The notes beneath the pieces were generated by a model. It was given only the letters and a program-made list of their open reading frames with translations, made no database searches and was not told where the DNA came from. The position numbers and the translations under genes are program-made. Below, in pieces: positions 38,851 to 52,395 of a DNA stretch of 64,000 bases (its first letter is position 1; every line of letters starts with the position of its first letter). Origin of the DNA: Sphyrna mokarran (taxonomy: Eukaryota); the NCBI GenBank assembly GCA_024679065.1, contig JAGIQG010000008.1:98456001-98520000 (forward strand), read 5' to 3'.

Positions 38851-39372
38851 CGTGATTCTAGACCACAGAAATGGAATTGACTCCCCAACTTCCCTTTGAA
38901 ATGGAGAAGCAAGCCACTAAGTCCAAAGGTAGTTAGGGATTGACAACAAATGCTGGCTTTGCTGGTGATACCCACACTCCACAAAAGAATACTAAAAGGT
39001 GATGAGGGGAATTTCTTCTACATAGCCAAGTGCTGCAATCTGGAACATTCTTTTTAAAAGAGGTGAGGGAGAGGATGCATAAGCAGATTCAGTAGTAACT
39101 TTCAAAAGAAAATTAGTCTAAAAACTTAAAAATGAAACCACAGCAAGACAACGGGGAAACAGCACGGGAATGGAACAATTTGGATAGTTCTTTTAAAGGG
39201 CCAGCATTGACATAATTAGCCTAACAGCCTGCTTCTGTGCAGTATGATTCTATAGTCTTCAGTGGTCCTCTCAGAGGCATTCAGTCTTAGTGAAGGTGGA
39301 TTAGGGATCCTTTCAAATAGTTGACATTTAAAATAGTTCAACAGGCTACAAAGCCTGGTTCACAGCACTCAC

Positions 39373-39569
39373 CTTTGACCATTCAAGAATACAATCAAGG
39401 CAAAAATAATGTGCACAGCTTTCTGGAGTTCCAATTGCCTGATCCCGGAAAGTATTCAGACAGATAGGGCAGTTTTCAGCCTCATCATCAGAGCTGCTAG
39501 CCCACTTCCTTCCAGAACTGGCCTTCTCTGTGTCATTTCCCTCCATAGCCTCCTCCTCATCATCATTAC
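39373..39569 (-). CDS. PHRF1: PHRF1 exon, N-terminal part of RING finger
   Basis: Encodes CPICLNTFRDQAIGTPESCAHYFCLDCILEWSK; acceptor tttgtcccaag, donor AAG|gtgagt, phase 1-0. Confidence 0.95.
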
Positions 39570-41876
39570 CTTGGGACAAAAGAAAAAATGTTTTGTTTTA
39601 AACATACTCAATGGCTTTTCCACTCTAACCCCTCAGATTGTAAATTTGAATTACACAAAGCATGATAGGGGAGACAAGTTTATGATGTAAATTTACATAA
39701 CACTTCTAATGTAATAAATCAGCCAAGCTGCTTTACAGGGGCGTTACCAGAATTTAAAAAAAATCAAAATGCTGGAAAAATGAAGTAAAAACAGAAAATG
39801 CTAGAGATATTCAGCAGGTCTGGCAGCAACTGTGGAGAGAAACAAATTTGACATCTCAGTCTATAACATTTCATCCTGTCCTTTGTCTTCACAGATGCTG
39901 CATGACCTACTGAATATTGTGGCACTTTCTGCTTTTATTTATAAAATAGCTTTGAAACTGTGTTACATAAAGAGACATTAGGGAAATTAAGCAAAAGCTT
40001 GGTCAAACTTTACAGATCATTTTAAACAGGAAACAGAGAAATTGCAGAGTTTAGGTCTTAGGCTGTTGAAGATAGGATCACCAATGAAAAATGAACTCGC
40101 CAGAAATGGAAATCTCAGATTGTTGTAGGGGTGCAGCAGGTTTTTATAGAGATTGGGAAAGGTAAGGCCATGGAAGTATCGATACATAAAGATGAGAATT
40201 TTAAATTTGAGACATTGCCAGGAACCAATGCAGGATCAGCATGCACTTTATTATCTTTAGGCACAACTAGATCTCCTGGCCGACCTCACAACTCTGCCCT
40301 CTGTAAACTTGAGCTCATCATAGGGGCAGCAGTTTTAGATAGTCTTAAGTTTACAGACAATGGAAGTTGGGAGATCAGCCAGGTGTATCTAGAGATAATA
40401 AAGACATGAATAAGGGTTTCACGGGCACAACGGAACAGCAACATAATCAAGTTACAATGGGATACTGCTATGGGCATTCCAATGTACAGCAGAGAATTGT
40501 ATGTAAAATCTTCCACATTAGAAACATTTCAAAAGTGAATTGGATTAAAAATTCAAAAATAAAACCACAGTAAGATTATGTGGAAAGAGCACGGAAACGG
40601 GACTAATTGCATAGCTCTTTTAAAGAGAAAGCATTGACACACCTCCTTCTGTACAAAATTTACACTAGGATAATCGAGACAAATTAGCAATGCATTCAAA
40701 TGGTAGAAATTTAAAAATGGAAGGTAGACAAAAGAATGAATGCAGATTCAAGTTTTGAAGAAAAGCTTGAATTGCAAGAATACACACAAGTGCAGAGAAA
40801 GATAAGAGAAGATTTAAAAAGAAGTTTTTAAAAGATAATAAATAGTCTTGATAAAGTACATAAGGAAAGGAAGTTTCTTGCAGTTTGTGGAATAAGTAAC
40901 TAGAAGAGGTCTGGTGACAATTGCTCTTGCTTTCAGTGCATTTGAACATGGTGTTAGCTGGTCAGTGAAAACAGCTATTATTGTAATAAATAAGGTCAGC
41001 GCATAAGATGCTACAATTGACAATTTTGAAATTAATGGTTTTCAAATTTTTGGATATTTTAAACATGGCTGAAGTGGAGGATGTCTACACAGAATGCAGA
41101 GACATTGAATGGCCCGATGTTAAGAGCTCAACTTCCAACAACTCCATGTTGTGTGGTCCTATACCAGGGCAGTCCTGGTCTGTGTTAAGTTATCCATTTG
41201 CAGCTTGGGTACGGATGGGCTTAAAAGTCCACAGGTTAGGATGAGGGGAGAGAAAAATATTTTAAGAGTCCCTGGATCACCAGTGACCTTTACAAGAACA
41301 GAATATGCGTACATGCTTGCACAAACAGATAAGAGCAGGGACAGGTGCTGACCCTACCCATTATTCAATCCACATACAGCAATATCTAGTTGGTTAAAAC
41401 ACTACAACCAGGGCCACCTCTTCTTTTAGGAATCTATCCTTCAGGGAAGGAGGGTTGAGGAAAAAAAAAACAAATTCCAAGGCTTGAAACTTTATTAAAA
41501 TATAGTTTTTGCAAGGGAAGTAACTTACCTGAATAATGCTTCATCCTGTAGATTTTGAATGTCTTCCAAATTAACAAGATTAATAGTTCTTATAAGATCA
41601 ACAATGAAGCATGCGCTTATGAATTCAACCAAATCAAATCTTACAAGGTAGTGAACCATTTCCCTGCTTTTTGACTAAGATCAAACCTGAGATCAGGTAT
41701 AATGCCTGCTTTTGTTAGCTTGGCTTTAGAATGTCTTTTTTTATGGGAACCATGAATTGGATGCAGTTTGAATTTGAACTGGTTTTTGGAGCAAACAAAG
41801 AGATAGATTCAAGAATTGCTCTGTCCACTCCATGCATTGCCTTTGTGACCAAGAATGGAAAAGACATAAACTATAC

Positions 41877-42020
41877 CTTCCTCTGCGTCCTCATCTTCAT
41901 CCTCTTCATCATCCTCATCATCTAAATCATCATCTTCTGCCCCTTCTCCATCTTCATCATCATCGTCGTCGTCGTCATCTGTACCATCCTCGTCTACATC
42001 ATCTTCGCTACCAGATTCCT
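41877..42020 (-). CDS. PHRF1: PHRF1 acidic (D/E-rich) exon
   Basis: Acceptor ttttgttag, reads EESGSEDDVDEDG...DAEE, donor G|gtatag, 144 bp, phase 1-1. Confidence 0.9.
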
Positions 42021-42104
42021 CTAACAAAAGACCACACATTCAGAATTTTAAAAGCTAGCTTGAAGTTAGACTTTCGCTCCACAATTCTTAGGGAATGGGC
42101 CATG

Positions 42105-42768
42105 TTATATGTCCATAGGTCTCTTAAATCTGCTCCGCAAGTGGAGGATGTGGTCAAAAAGGCATATGGTGTACTGGCCTTCACTAATAGAGGAACTGAG
42201 TTTAGGAGTCGGGAGATAATGCTGCAACTTTATAAGACCCCACTTGGATTATTGTGTGTAGTTCTGGTCGCCTCACTATAGGAAGGATGTGGAAGCTATT
42301 GAGAGGGTGCAGAGGAGATTTACAAAGATGTTGCCTGGATTGCGGGGCATGCCTTATGAAGATAGATTGAGAGAGCTAGGTCTCTTCTCCCTGGAGAGAT
42401 GAAGATTGAGAGGCGACCTGACAGAGGTTTATAAGATGTTGAGAGGAATAGATAGGGTGGATTCTTGGAGGCTATTTCCCAGGGCTGAAATGGTCGCTAC
42501 GAAAGGAACAGGTTTAAGGTGCTGGGGGGTAAGTACAGAGGAGATGTTAGAGGTAAGTTTTTCACTCAGAGGGTGGTGAGTGAATGGAATCGGTTGCCGT
42601 CAGTGGTGGTAGAGACGAACTCGCTGGGGTCTTTTAAGAAACTTCTGAATGAGTATATGGGATTTAATGGGATTGGGAGTTACAGATAGTTCTATGGCCT
42701 GGTACGTATAGATATGATCGGCACAACTTTTGGGCCGAAGGGCCTGTTTGTGCTGTACTGTTCTATGT
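42105..42768 (+). mobile_element. 5'-truncated CR1, same subfamily as 18301-20379
   Basis: Closely similar to ~19715-20379, including the 3' tail gggccgaagggcctgtttgtgctgta..gttctatg. Confidence 0.92.
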
Positions 42769-44736
42769 CAATGATCACATCTGATATAAAAACTGCCCAA
42801 ACTGACTGACAACAATCAAAACCAAAGGGTTAAGACACCTCAAGGTTACAAGTGTAGAAAAGGCCATATTTCCAAAAAATTCAGTGAATAGCAAAATATT
42901 CCAGTTACATAATACAAGTTAGTCACAATTCATCAACAAATCTATTCAGGTCAATCAGGGATGAAAGACAATAGTTATGAGAGCAAGCTTGGTTGACTGA
43001 AACTAGCATTTTACAGCATTAAGAGACCTTTAGACCTATCAAACACATTGAGAATGCATGCACAAAATAGTGCAACTTAAAAAACTGAGCTGTCAAGATT
43101 AACTAATGAAGATGTAAAACAAATACTGTACATTTCTGGAATATAATTTCTGGAATTCTAGAAGTACACTTACTGAACATTTCTGATATTTCAGTTTACA
43201 TTTAAGAAAGTCAACAAGTTATAGGCTTATAGAAGAACAGGAAGCCACTTAGGTGCTGTAACCTGTTCCAACATTCAATAAGTTCAGGCCTGATCTGTAA
43301 TTTAATCCATATGTCTTTATCCCTTAATACCTGTGGATAATAAAAATCTAATAATCTTAGTTTTAAACTTAACAATGGATTTAACACCGATTGCCATTTA
43401 TAGAAGAGAGTTCCAAACTTCTGCAACACTTTGCAAGTATCAGTTTTCCTAATTTCCATTTACCCAGCAGTGGAAAATCGTCAAGTATTATCCTCTAATC
43501 AATGCCATTGAGCAATACAAGGGTTGCATAGGGACAACCAGCACCATTATGTAAAGTCATGCAAGAAATATCAGTATAGTCATATCAGGAAATACAGTGC
43601 ATGTTGGCAAATGAAGAGGTAACCCATTGGAAGCTTATTGATTATGTTAAGCCATAGTGGGATTTTTTTTTAAAGGCAGTGAGGTAGCAAATTGGAAATG
43701 GATTAAAGAACAGAAAACTGTGTGGTGCTAATGAATATTGTTTGGACTCAAGTGGTGTAAACAGGAGTCTCCCCCGGGGTCAGCATTAGTTTCTCTTCTC
43801 ATTGCACACTGGACTTGGGTATAGGAAACAATGCAGTGATATCTGCAGGCAACACAAAAATAGAAAGAAAACACTCCATATCTGAAATAAAAAACAGAAA
43901 ATGACGGAAATAAAAACACAGAATCATTGCATTGCAGGACACCTGGCCCATCAAGCCTGCATTGACTCCCTGAAAGGGCATTCTACTTAGTCCCGCTCAT
44001 CTGCCTTATCCCGTAACCCTGCATTATGAAAGAGAAACACAATCATTGAGATCAACAGCAGAGAAATGGATCCTTCGGCCCATCGTAACTGCGGCGGCCA
44101 AAGACAAGCCACCCAATTATTCTGATCCTGTTTTTCCAGCATTTAGTCCATAGATCGTATGCCTTTGCATCGCAAGTGCACATCTAAATACTTCTTAAAT
44201 GATTATGAGGGTCTTTGCCTCCACTACCCTTGCGGCAGTGAGTTCCAGACTTTTACCATCCTTCAGATGAAAAGGATTTTCCTCATAGCCCCTCTAGATG
44301 TCCTGCCTCTTCACTCAAATTTAAGTCCCTGGTCATTTATCTTTCCAAGGGGAAAAGTTTCTTCAACTGAATGATTTGGTGCACAGCTTTCATCACATTG
44401 TTTCTAATGAAGCAAGGCACATAAAGTTTGATTCAATAAATAAAGGGACCAATATAATCCTTTATGAGGAGGATTGAGTGTCTTAAATAGTGTGTTGCCT
44501 TCCTGTAATTAGGGTGAACAACTTGACAGCATACTGCAAAGGGAACAGCCAAATCCATTTGTTTTAATTCATGTTGGGACCAACTGCATGGGGAAGACTA
44601 GACAAAATAATCTATTGTGAGTGTATCAGGAACAAGAAGCCAACTTTCAAAAAAGACCCCAAGGGTTATAATTTAAGATGCTGTAATGCTATAGACCAAG
44701 AACTGGAAGGTGAGATTGACTGAACCGCTCTTCTCA

Positions 44737-45025
44737 ACCAATTTCCTCCCTAGCGTCCCACAACGTTCTGGGATATACCTCACCGGGTCCCGCAGATTTA
44801 TCTATCTTGACTTCTAGCATCTCCTTTTCTGTAATATGTACACTACTCAAGACATCAATATTTAATTCCACAAGTTTCCTAATGTACATGCTTTTCTCAG
44901 TAAATACTGATGAGGAATATTCATTTAAGATCTCACCCATCTCATGTGGATCCGAACATAGATTATCTTATTGACCCTTAAGAGGCCCTACTCTCTTCCT
45001 TGTTACGCTTTTGCCCTTTATGTAT
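44737..45025 (-). mobile_element. Internal CR1 ORF2 fragment
   Basis: MGEILNEY.SSVFT...KIDKSAGPGEVYPRTLWDAREEI. Confidence 0.8.
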
Positions 45026-45614
45026 ACACCTCCTTACATGCCATAAATCTGTGTCTGAGCTAATTGATGCGAGGATAAACAGACTACGGAGGTGAACAAG
45101 AGGCTGAAGTGGTATGGAAAAAAGACATTACATTTTATAGGACACTGGTACCAACACTAGGCCAAAAATGTGCTGCTCTATCTAAATTTAACTGGGCATA
45201 AGATATACTGAAACAAATAAATACAATGGTCACAAGAACTTTAAATTAGTTTAAAGGAGGGTCCAGGTGAAAAATATAGCATTAATAACATATCAAAAAC
45301 AGACAACATGATAGAGGATGAAGTAACAGTCAGAAATTGTGCTTTCGGTGCAACAGAGGAAGTGAAAAGTAAAAAATGTAAAGTGATTTATCTACAAAAT
45401 GTTATGTGGCTCAAAGAAAACTTTACACAAAAAGAGTAAAAACAACAAATTGACTGAATCGCAAGCACAAATTCAATTTGGAGGGAACGGCATTGTTGCC
45501 ACGGCCTTGTTGAAACGGCCTGCAGGATGGTCACAGCTGAAAACTAAATATACCAGGTTATAAGGCCTATGGGAAAGATAGGGAAAATAGTTGAGGAGAA
45601 TCAGGTGAATTCAC

Positions 45615-45875
45615 AAAGTTTATTTATTAGTGTCACAAGTAAGACATTAATACTGCAATGCAGTTACTGTGAAAATCCCCGAGTTGCCACACTCTGGCAC
45701 CTGTTCAGGTCAATGCAATTAACCAGCATGTCTTTTGGAATGCGGGAGGAAACCGGACAAATCCATGCAGACATGGGAAGTTCATGCAAACAGACAGTCA
45801 CCCAAGCTGGGAATCCAACCTGGGTCCTTGGTGCTGTGAGGCAACAGCGCTAACCACTGTGCTACCGTGCCGCCC
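45615..45875 (-). mobile_element. tRNA-derived SINE
   Basis: Minus-strand head gggcggcacggtagcacagtggttagc; family tail. Confidence 0.82.
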
Positions 45876-46439
45876 ATGCAGCCACTTCATTGGCAAACAA
45901 AGATAAAATGAGAAGTAAGCAGGCAGTGCAGACTTTATGGATAGAATTAAGGAAGATAAAACAATTTTAAACTCTAGTCGGACTTATCTACAGACCTCCT
46001 GATAGAAGCTGTGAAGACCACATAAATTCAGAGATTTCACAAACAGATAGCAAAAAGGAGAACAACTTTCATAAATATTGGAATAAGCAGATCAGCATTG
46101 TCAGAGGCATTGTGGATGTTTGGGGTAGTATGCTGCAACAAGATGGCCTAGAACCAACAAGAGACGAGCTGTATTAAATTTCACACGTGGAAAATGAATT
46201 TTAATGTAGACAAATGTAAAGTCAACCCACTTTGGATCTTGTTGGAGAAATTCATAATAGGTTAGAGAAATTTCAAATAATCAGTGACTTAAGTCATTAA
46301 TAAAATACTAGCAATACGTGAAATGACCTCAGATCAGACTCAGTCTAACAGGGAAACTGTGTACATAAAAACAGTATGAACACAGTCCAAGATTTAACTG
46401 AGTATGAGATTTGAACAAACATTTCTGATTTAAATATGT

Positions 46440-47050
46440 ATTTTTTTATTTATTATTGTCACATATTAGTATAATATGTGAAAAGTATTGTTTCTTGCAT
46501 GCCATACAGACAAAGCATACCGTTAATAAAGGAGAGAATGCAGAATGTAGTGTTATAGTCATAGCTACCATCATTACAATCATAGTTACAGTCAACTTAG
46601 TGCAAAGTAGATCCATTTAAAAATCCGATGGTAGCAGAGAGAAAGCTGTTTTTGAGTTGGGTGACACATGACCTCAGACTTTTCTTTTTTCTGACGGAAG
46701 AGAATATGTCCAGGATGCGTTGGGTCTTTAATTATGTTGCCTGCTTTTCCAAGGCAGTGGCAAGTGTAGACAGAGTCAACAGATGAGAGGCTGGTGTGCA
46801 TGATGGATTAAGTTATGTTCACAGCATCTTGGAACTTGAGCCGAGTAGGAGCCATACCAAGCAACGATACAACCAGAAAGAGTGCTTTCAATGGTGCATC
46901 TGTAAAAGTTGGAGAAAAATCGCAGCTGACATGCCAAATTTCCTTTGTCTTCTGAGAAAGTAGAGTGGGCTTTCTTAACTATAGTGTTGGCATGTGTTCG
47001 TGATTTGGATACCTAAAACTTGAACTCTCAACGATTTCTACTTTGTCCCC
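46440..47050 (-). mobile_element. Rex1/Babar-like LINE 3' fragment
   Basis: Minus strand LYFLRRQRKFGM and IIKDPTHPGH.LF, typical of Rex-Babar C-termini; A-rich tail with aataa repeats. Confidence 0.6.
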
Positions 47051-48223
47051 ATTTTGCTATTTCAGTATTTTAAAATGTATTAGCTGTATTTTTAAAAATA
47101 ACTGTACACTTTAACCAAAAGCAGGTTATCACAAAGCCTAATGAGAAGAAAGGCTTATTGACAGGAACCATATACTTTAGAACAACGAAACTACAGAATG
47201 TGCATGTTCTTATCAGCAAAAGTTACTAGCAGTAAGGTTCTCAGAGCTCCTTTATGAATAGGGTTGTTCACATTGTCCAAATAAGGCAGGTCTCATCAAA
47301 GGTAAGAAAGTACATCTGTCTGGTTCGACAAAGCAAGAGTTAGTGGGAACCTTAACTTTGATCTTTGTAGCTAAGCATCAAGTGTTGCTGGGCAATAGAG
47401 GAAGAAGCATCAATGGAAGCATCCGGATTCTACGGACCAATAAAATCCCATTATGTCAAAGAGTAAAATGCAATTGGCTAAAGCATATGACAGGTATTAT
47501 CAATGATTGATTTTATTGAAAATTATTGGTTTGTAACAAATGGAAGACAAGAAAAAGTAAATTTGAGAAATATATAATTGATCTTCTGAAGTATTGTAAC
47601 GTCAAAGTGGTTTTGGAATACTTCAAGGCCTTCTCTTCCAGAGAGGCATTAGATTGCCCATTGCCCATTCTCCCATCTATCGATACGTATCAATAAAGAT
47701 ACATCTTTGTATTGGCTGAAGTCTTTGGCAATTTCTAGCCTCCGGTGAACCCCACAACATACCTAAAAAGGATAAAAGGGAATACTTTCTAAATGGTAAA
47801 TTTGAATCACAAAAAGTTAATATGTAGATATAGAAAATAATTAGGAATGCAAATAGGATGTATGCCTTTATTGAAAGATGGATGGAGTTGAAAAGTAGAG
47901 AAGTCTTACTACAACTGTATAGGGCACTGATGAGATCAAAGCTAAGCACTGCATACAGTTTTGGTCTAGTTATTTAAGAAGGGATATACTTGCATTTGGA
48001 GCAGCTCAAAGAAGGTTAACGAGGTTGATGTTTGAGATGAAGAGATGCTCTAACAAAGTTGAACAGTTTGCATCTATACTCATTGGAGTTTAGAGGAATG
48101 AGAAGCCATCTTATTGAAGTATGTAAGGTTTTAAGGGGGCTTGAGAGGCTGAATAGACACTGGGAGGATGTTTCTATTGCAAGAAAACCTAGGAAATTTA
48201 GAGGGCATAGTCTTAAAAATAAG

Positions 48224-48945
48224 GGGAGAGGGATTCTCTAATCCCCCTGCACTAATTTTCATGAGCTTTCATGTCCTACTAACGTCTTCCAGTGCCAGGT
48301 TTCAGGCGCGATCTGCTTCATGCCGAAACAGGTGGGGAGGCAGGGCTAGCATTTAAATGATATTTTACATATCATTTAAAAGCTATTAGCTAGCCTGGAA
48401 CTAAATTCTGCAGGCCAGCTAACTTCTCTCACCCTGCCAGAGTGCTTCACTCCAATGGGGACTACGCTAGTCCTGGGAAACTAGTGGCCCAATCCTGCAG
48501 GGGGTAGGGCGGTGGAGATTCCCCCAGGACATGGGCTTCCTGGCGCTGCCCAAAGAGCAAAATGACCATGCCCAGGCATCTTGGCACTGCTCATCAGCGG
48601 GGGTGGGAGATTCCGCTGCCACTCTGCATTAGGATAGATGGGAGTGGGAAGGAGGCCAGCAATCGAGGTTGTCTAGTCCGGGATGGTACAGGACGGGAGA
48701 TGGGGGCTGGCTAGCTACCGAGGCTGACAATTCGGGACCACCGCCTACGTGCAGGGGCCTGTAGATTTCAGCCTCCTGGGTGAGATTAGGCTCATCCCCT
48801 GAAATCTAATATTATTCATGCTGATGGCCTGTGCATTGCACACAGTGTGGGAGATTCTAGTGTGAACTCCCACTGAAAAAAGACCACGTGAGTACTCCAG
48901 TTTTCCCGCAAATTCAACACATACTTTTTGGGAAGAATTCCACCC
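48224..48945. mobile_element. GC-rich non-autonomous DNA transposon (MITE-like) inserted in a CR1 fragment (~47770-49150)
   Basis: Imperfect TIRs ggg..gggattct / agaattccaccc; host aaaataag|gggtg is split with a probable 3-bp duplication (aag). Confidence 0.55.
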
Positions 48946-49669
48946 AAGGGGTGTCTTATTGAAGAATGAGATGAGGAACTTCTTCCCTAGGGTCAATAAT
49001 CTTTGGAATTTTTTACTTCAGAGGGTATTGCAGGCTGGGTCAATAAATACATTCAAAGTCAAGTTAGACAGATAGTTTTGATCTTCTGGGAGTGAGGGAT
49101 TAAGAGGGGCAAGTGAGAACACCCATGATGTCATTAAATGCTGGAGTAGGCATGAAATGGTGAAAAACTAGAAACAAAGGCAGTTCAAAGAGACTTAGGG
49201 ATCTGGCTGCAAAGATCATTAAAATGTCATGAACAAGTACAGAAAATATTCAAAAAGGCGAACAGAAAGTTGGTCGAATCTTGAGAAATGGAACACAAGG
49301 GAGTAGAAGCCATCCCTTCAGCTACGCAAAGTCCTATTTGGACTACACCTGGATAAAATAAGCAGTTCTGGGCAACACCCCATAGGAAGTTATAGTGGCC
49401 TAGTTCAGAATGCTATGTAGATTTACCAGAATGATACCTGGATTCAAAAGATGAAATTATGATAAGCAATTACACAACCAAGGGCAGTATGTCTTGTAAT
49501 TAAAAACAGTAAGACCTGATTAAAAATTTTCAAGATAGCAAGGAAAACAGAGTGTACATATAGGGGAACTGGATTCACTTGTTGGGGAGTTCTGGGAGTA
49601 AAAAGTATATTCTAATAATTAGGGCCAAACCTTTAGGGTGAGAATTTATTTTACACATTCTTGATGTAT

Positions 49670-51440
49670 GGGCGTCACTGGCTAGGCCTCACCCATCCCT
49701 AGTTGGCTTGAAAGAGTGATAGTAAGCTGCCTTCTTGAACCACTGCGGTCCCTGTGATGTAAGTACATCCACAGTGCTGTTAGGGAGGAAGTTCCAGAAT
49801 TTTGATCTAATGACAATGAAGGAACAGCGATACAGCTCCAAGTCAGGATGGAATATGATTTGGAGGAACTTCCATGCAGCTGCTGACCTTGTCCTTCTGA
49901 TTGTAGCTATCGTGGGTTTAAAAGATACTGCCTCAGAAGCCTTGATGAGTTCCTTCAGTGCATTTTGCAGATGATACATACTGATGCCAAGCATCAATAG
50001 TGGATTGGGTGAATGTTTGTGGATGGGAACAAACAGACTGCTTTGTCCTCAATAATGCTAAGCTTCCCAAGCGTTGTTGCAACTGCACCCATTCCAGACA
50101 AGAAGAGTATTCCATCAGAGTCCTGACTTGTGCCTTGTAAATGGTGGACAGACTTTGGAAGTCAGAAAGTGAGTTACTCACAGCAGGATTCTTAGCCTTT
50201 GGCATGCTTTTGGAGTCACAGTATTTTTCTGCCTAGGCAGTTCAGCTTTTCATCAATGGTAACTCCCAGGATGCTGATAAGTGGGGATTCAGAAATAGGA
50301 ATGGCACTGGAACTACGGTTAAATTCTCTCTCATTGGAGATGGTTGTGCCTGGCACTAACATGGCATGAATGCTACTTTCCACTTATCAACTCAAAGGTG
50401 TGTGAAGAGTCACAAATGGGAGCAATACAGTGGCACAGTGGTTAGCACTGCTGCCTCACAGAGTCACGGATCCAGGTTCGATTCCCGGCTTGTGTCACTG
50501 TCTATGCAAAGTTGGCACAATCTCCCCGTGTCTGCATGGGTTTTTTCCAGTTGCTCCAGTTTCTTCCCACCATCTGAAAGATTTGCTAGTTAGGTGCATT
50601 GGCCATGCTAAATTTTCCTTCAGTGCACCCAAATAGGGCAGAGTGTGGCAACAAGGGGATTTTCAAAGTAACTTCATTGCAATGTTAAAGTAAGCCTACT
50701 TGTGACATTAATTAAAACAAACTTTAAAATGATGCTGAACATTGTATAATCATCAGCAAATATCCCCACTTCTGACTATTTGATGGAAGGAAGGTAATTT
50801 ATGAAGCAGCTCAAGATGTTCGGACCTCGTACACAGCCTGAGGAACTCCTGCAATGATGTCCTGGCACTAAGAATATTAACTTCCAACAATGTCAACCAT
50901 CTTCCTTTGTGCTAGGTACAACTTCATCCAGTGGAGAATTCCTCTCCTCTCATTCCAATTCTCATTGACTTGAGTTTTGTTTGAGCCCACTCTGTCTAAT
51001 GCCACCTTGATATTAAGGCAGTCATTCTGACCTCACCCCTGCAGTTCTGTTATTTTGTCCATATTTGGGCCAAGCTGTAATGAGGTCTGAACTCTAACTG
51101 AGAGTCAGTGAGTAGTGCTGCTTGATAGCACTGTTGATGACCCCTTCCCTCACTTTGCTGATGATCAAAAATGATGAAGTAACAATTGGTTAGGTTGGAT
51201 TTATCTTGTTTGTGGTTGTTTCTTCATGACAAGACATATCTGGGCAATTTACCACTTTGCTGGATAGATGCCAATGCAATAGCTGTACTGGAACATGGCT
51301 AGCTTTGGATGACAAGTCTTCAGTATTTACTGGAATGTTGTCAGAACTCAGAACTTTTGCCGTATCCAACGCCTTCAGCTGGTTCTTGACATCATGTGGA
51401 ATGAATCAAATTGGCTGAAGACAGGGATCTTTGATACTAC
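49670..51440 (-). mobile_element. Old LINE (CR1/L2-clade) interrupted by a SINE
   Basis: VGIFADD on the minus strand at ~50750-50770; LSTIYKAQVRTLMEYS in ORF 49933-50205. Confidence 0.7.
50418..50725 (+). mobile_element. tRNA-derived SINE
   Basis: A box tggcacagtgg, B box ggttcgattcc, intact family tail. Confidence 0.85.
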
Positions 51441-52298
51441 GTATGTTAGGAGATTAATCACCTTTAACAGCTGTGAACAATTAAGTGCCCACAGTCCAGA
51501 AACTCCAGTTTCCTTAGCCTATTCTAATTGTGTGGGCTCAGGAAAGGCAATATCCTGGGCCTAATGAAGAGAAAGATCAGCTGGAATCCTCCTTCCAGAT
51601 TGTCATCAGTGATCTCCACTCCAGGTATGGATATTAGATCAGGAGCAGGATAGGTGATGCTTTCCAAGTTGGAATAGGAACAGGAAGCAATTATACCCTT
51701 CACATTTAGTGTTATGACTGACCTGTATCTTAAATCCATCTATCTGCCTTGGCTCCATATATCACAACGCTTTGACCAGCAAACAAAAAATCTATCTCAG
51801 ATTTTAAATTAATTGATCAAGCAACTACTGCTTCATCTATCACCCTTTGCGAAAACAAGTGTTTCTAACTTCTCTCATGAACGATTTTACTGTGGACTGC
51901 CCCACAAGCCTGTCAATACATTCTGCCTGTGCCTTCACGTGAACAATGTCTACTTTTGGAAAGTATCCAAACTACTGCCAGTACCTTGGAGGCGTACCCC
52001 AAGAGTAAGCATTTTCCCAAGATAAAGGGAAAAAATCAGTTTGATATTTTACCTATATGGAGCATGATGAAATATTTAAAATTTAACTCATTATAGGCTT
52101 GTCAGGATCACTGATGTATCAGTACCCTTCCAAGAGAAGAGTAACATTGAAAGCTCTTTTCCCGGAATACCCCCCTCTTTAGTTCTTCATTGCCTTCAAT
52201 CAGCATGTTTGGCCCTCAACCCAAAACAAGGAAAGCTTTTTCCCATTGACATGTCCATCACATCGCATCCAGTACCTCATTTTGCTCATGAACATTAC

Positions 52299-52395
52299 CT
52301 TCATCACTAAAAATGGAAATGACTTCTCGTTTTCCTCTTTCCTTTCCCAGTGTTGCATTTACATTAGTCAGCTCATCTTGGCTGTCGTCATCCAT
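52299..52395 (-). CDS. PHRF1: PHRF1 first coding exon (CDS part; exon 52299-52419 includes 24 nt of 5'UTR)
   Basis: Acceptor gtttcttgcag, ATG at 52395, reads MDDDSQDELTNVNATLGKERGKREVISIFSDE, donor G|gtaatg, phase 1 matches next exon. Resembles the MDDDS.DEL N-terminus of vertebrate PHRF1. Confidence 0.88.
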
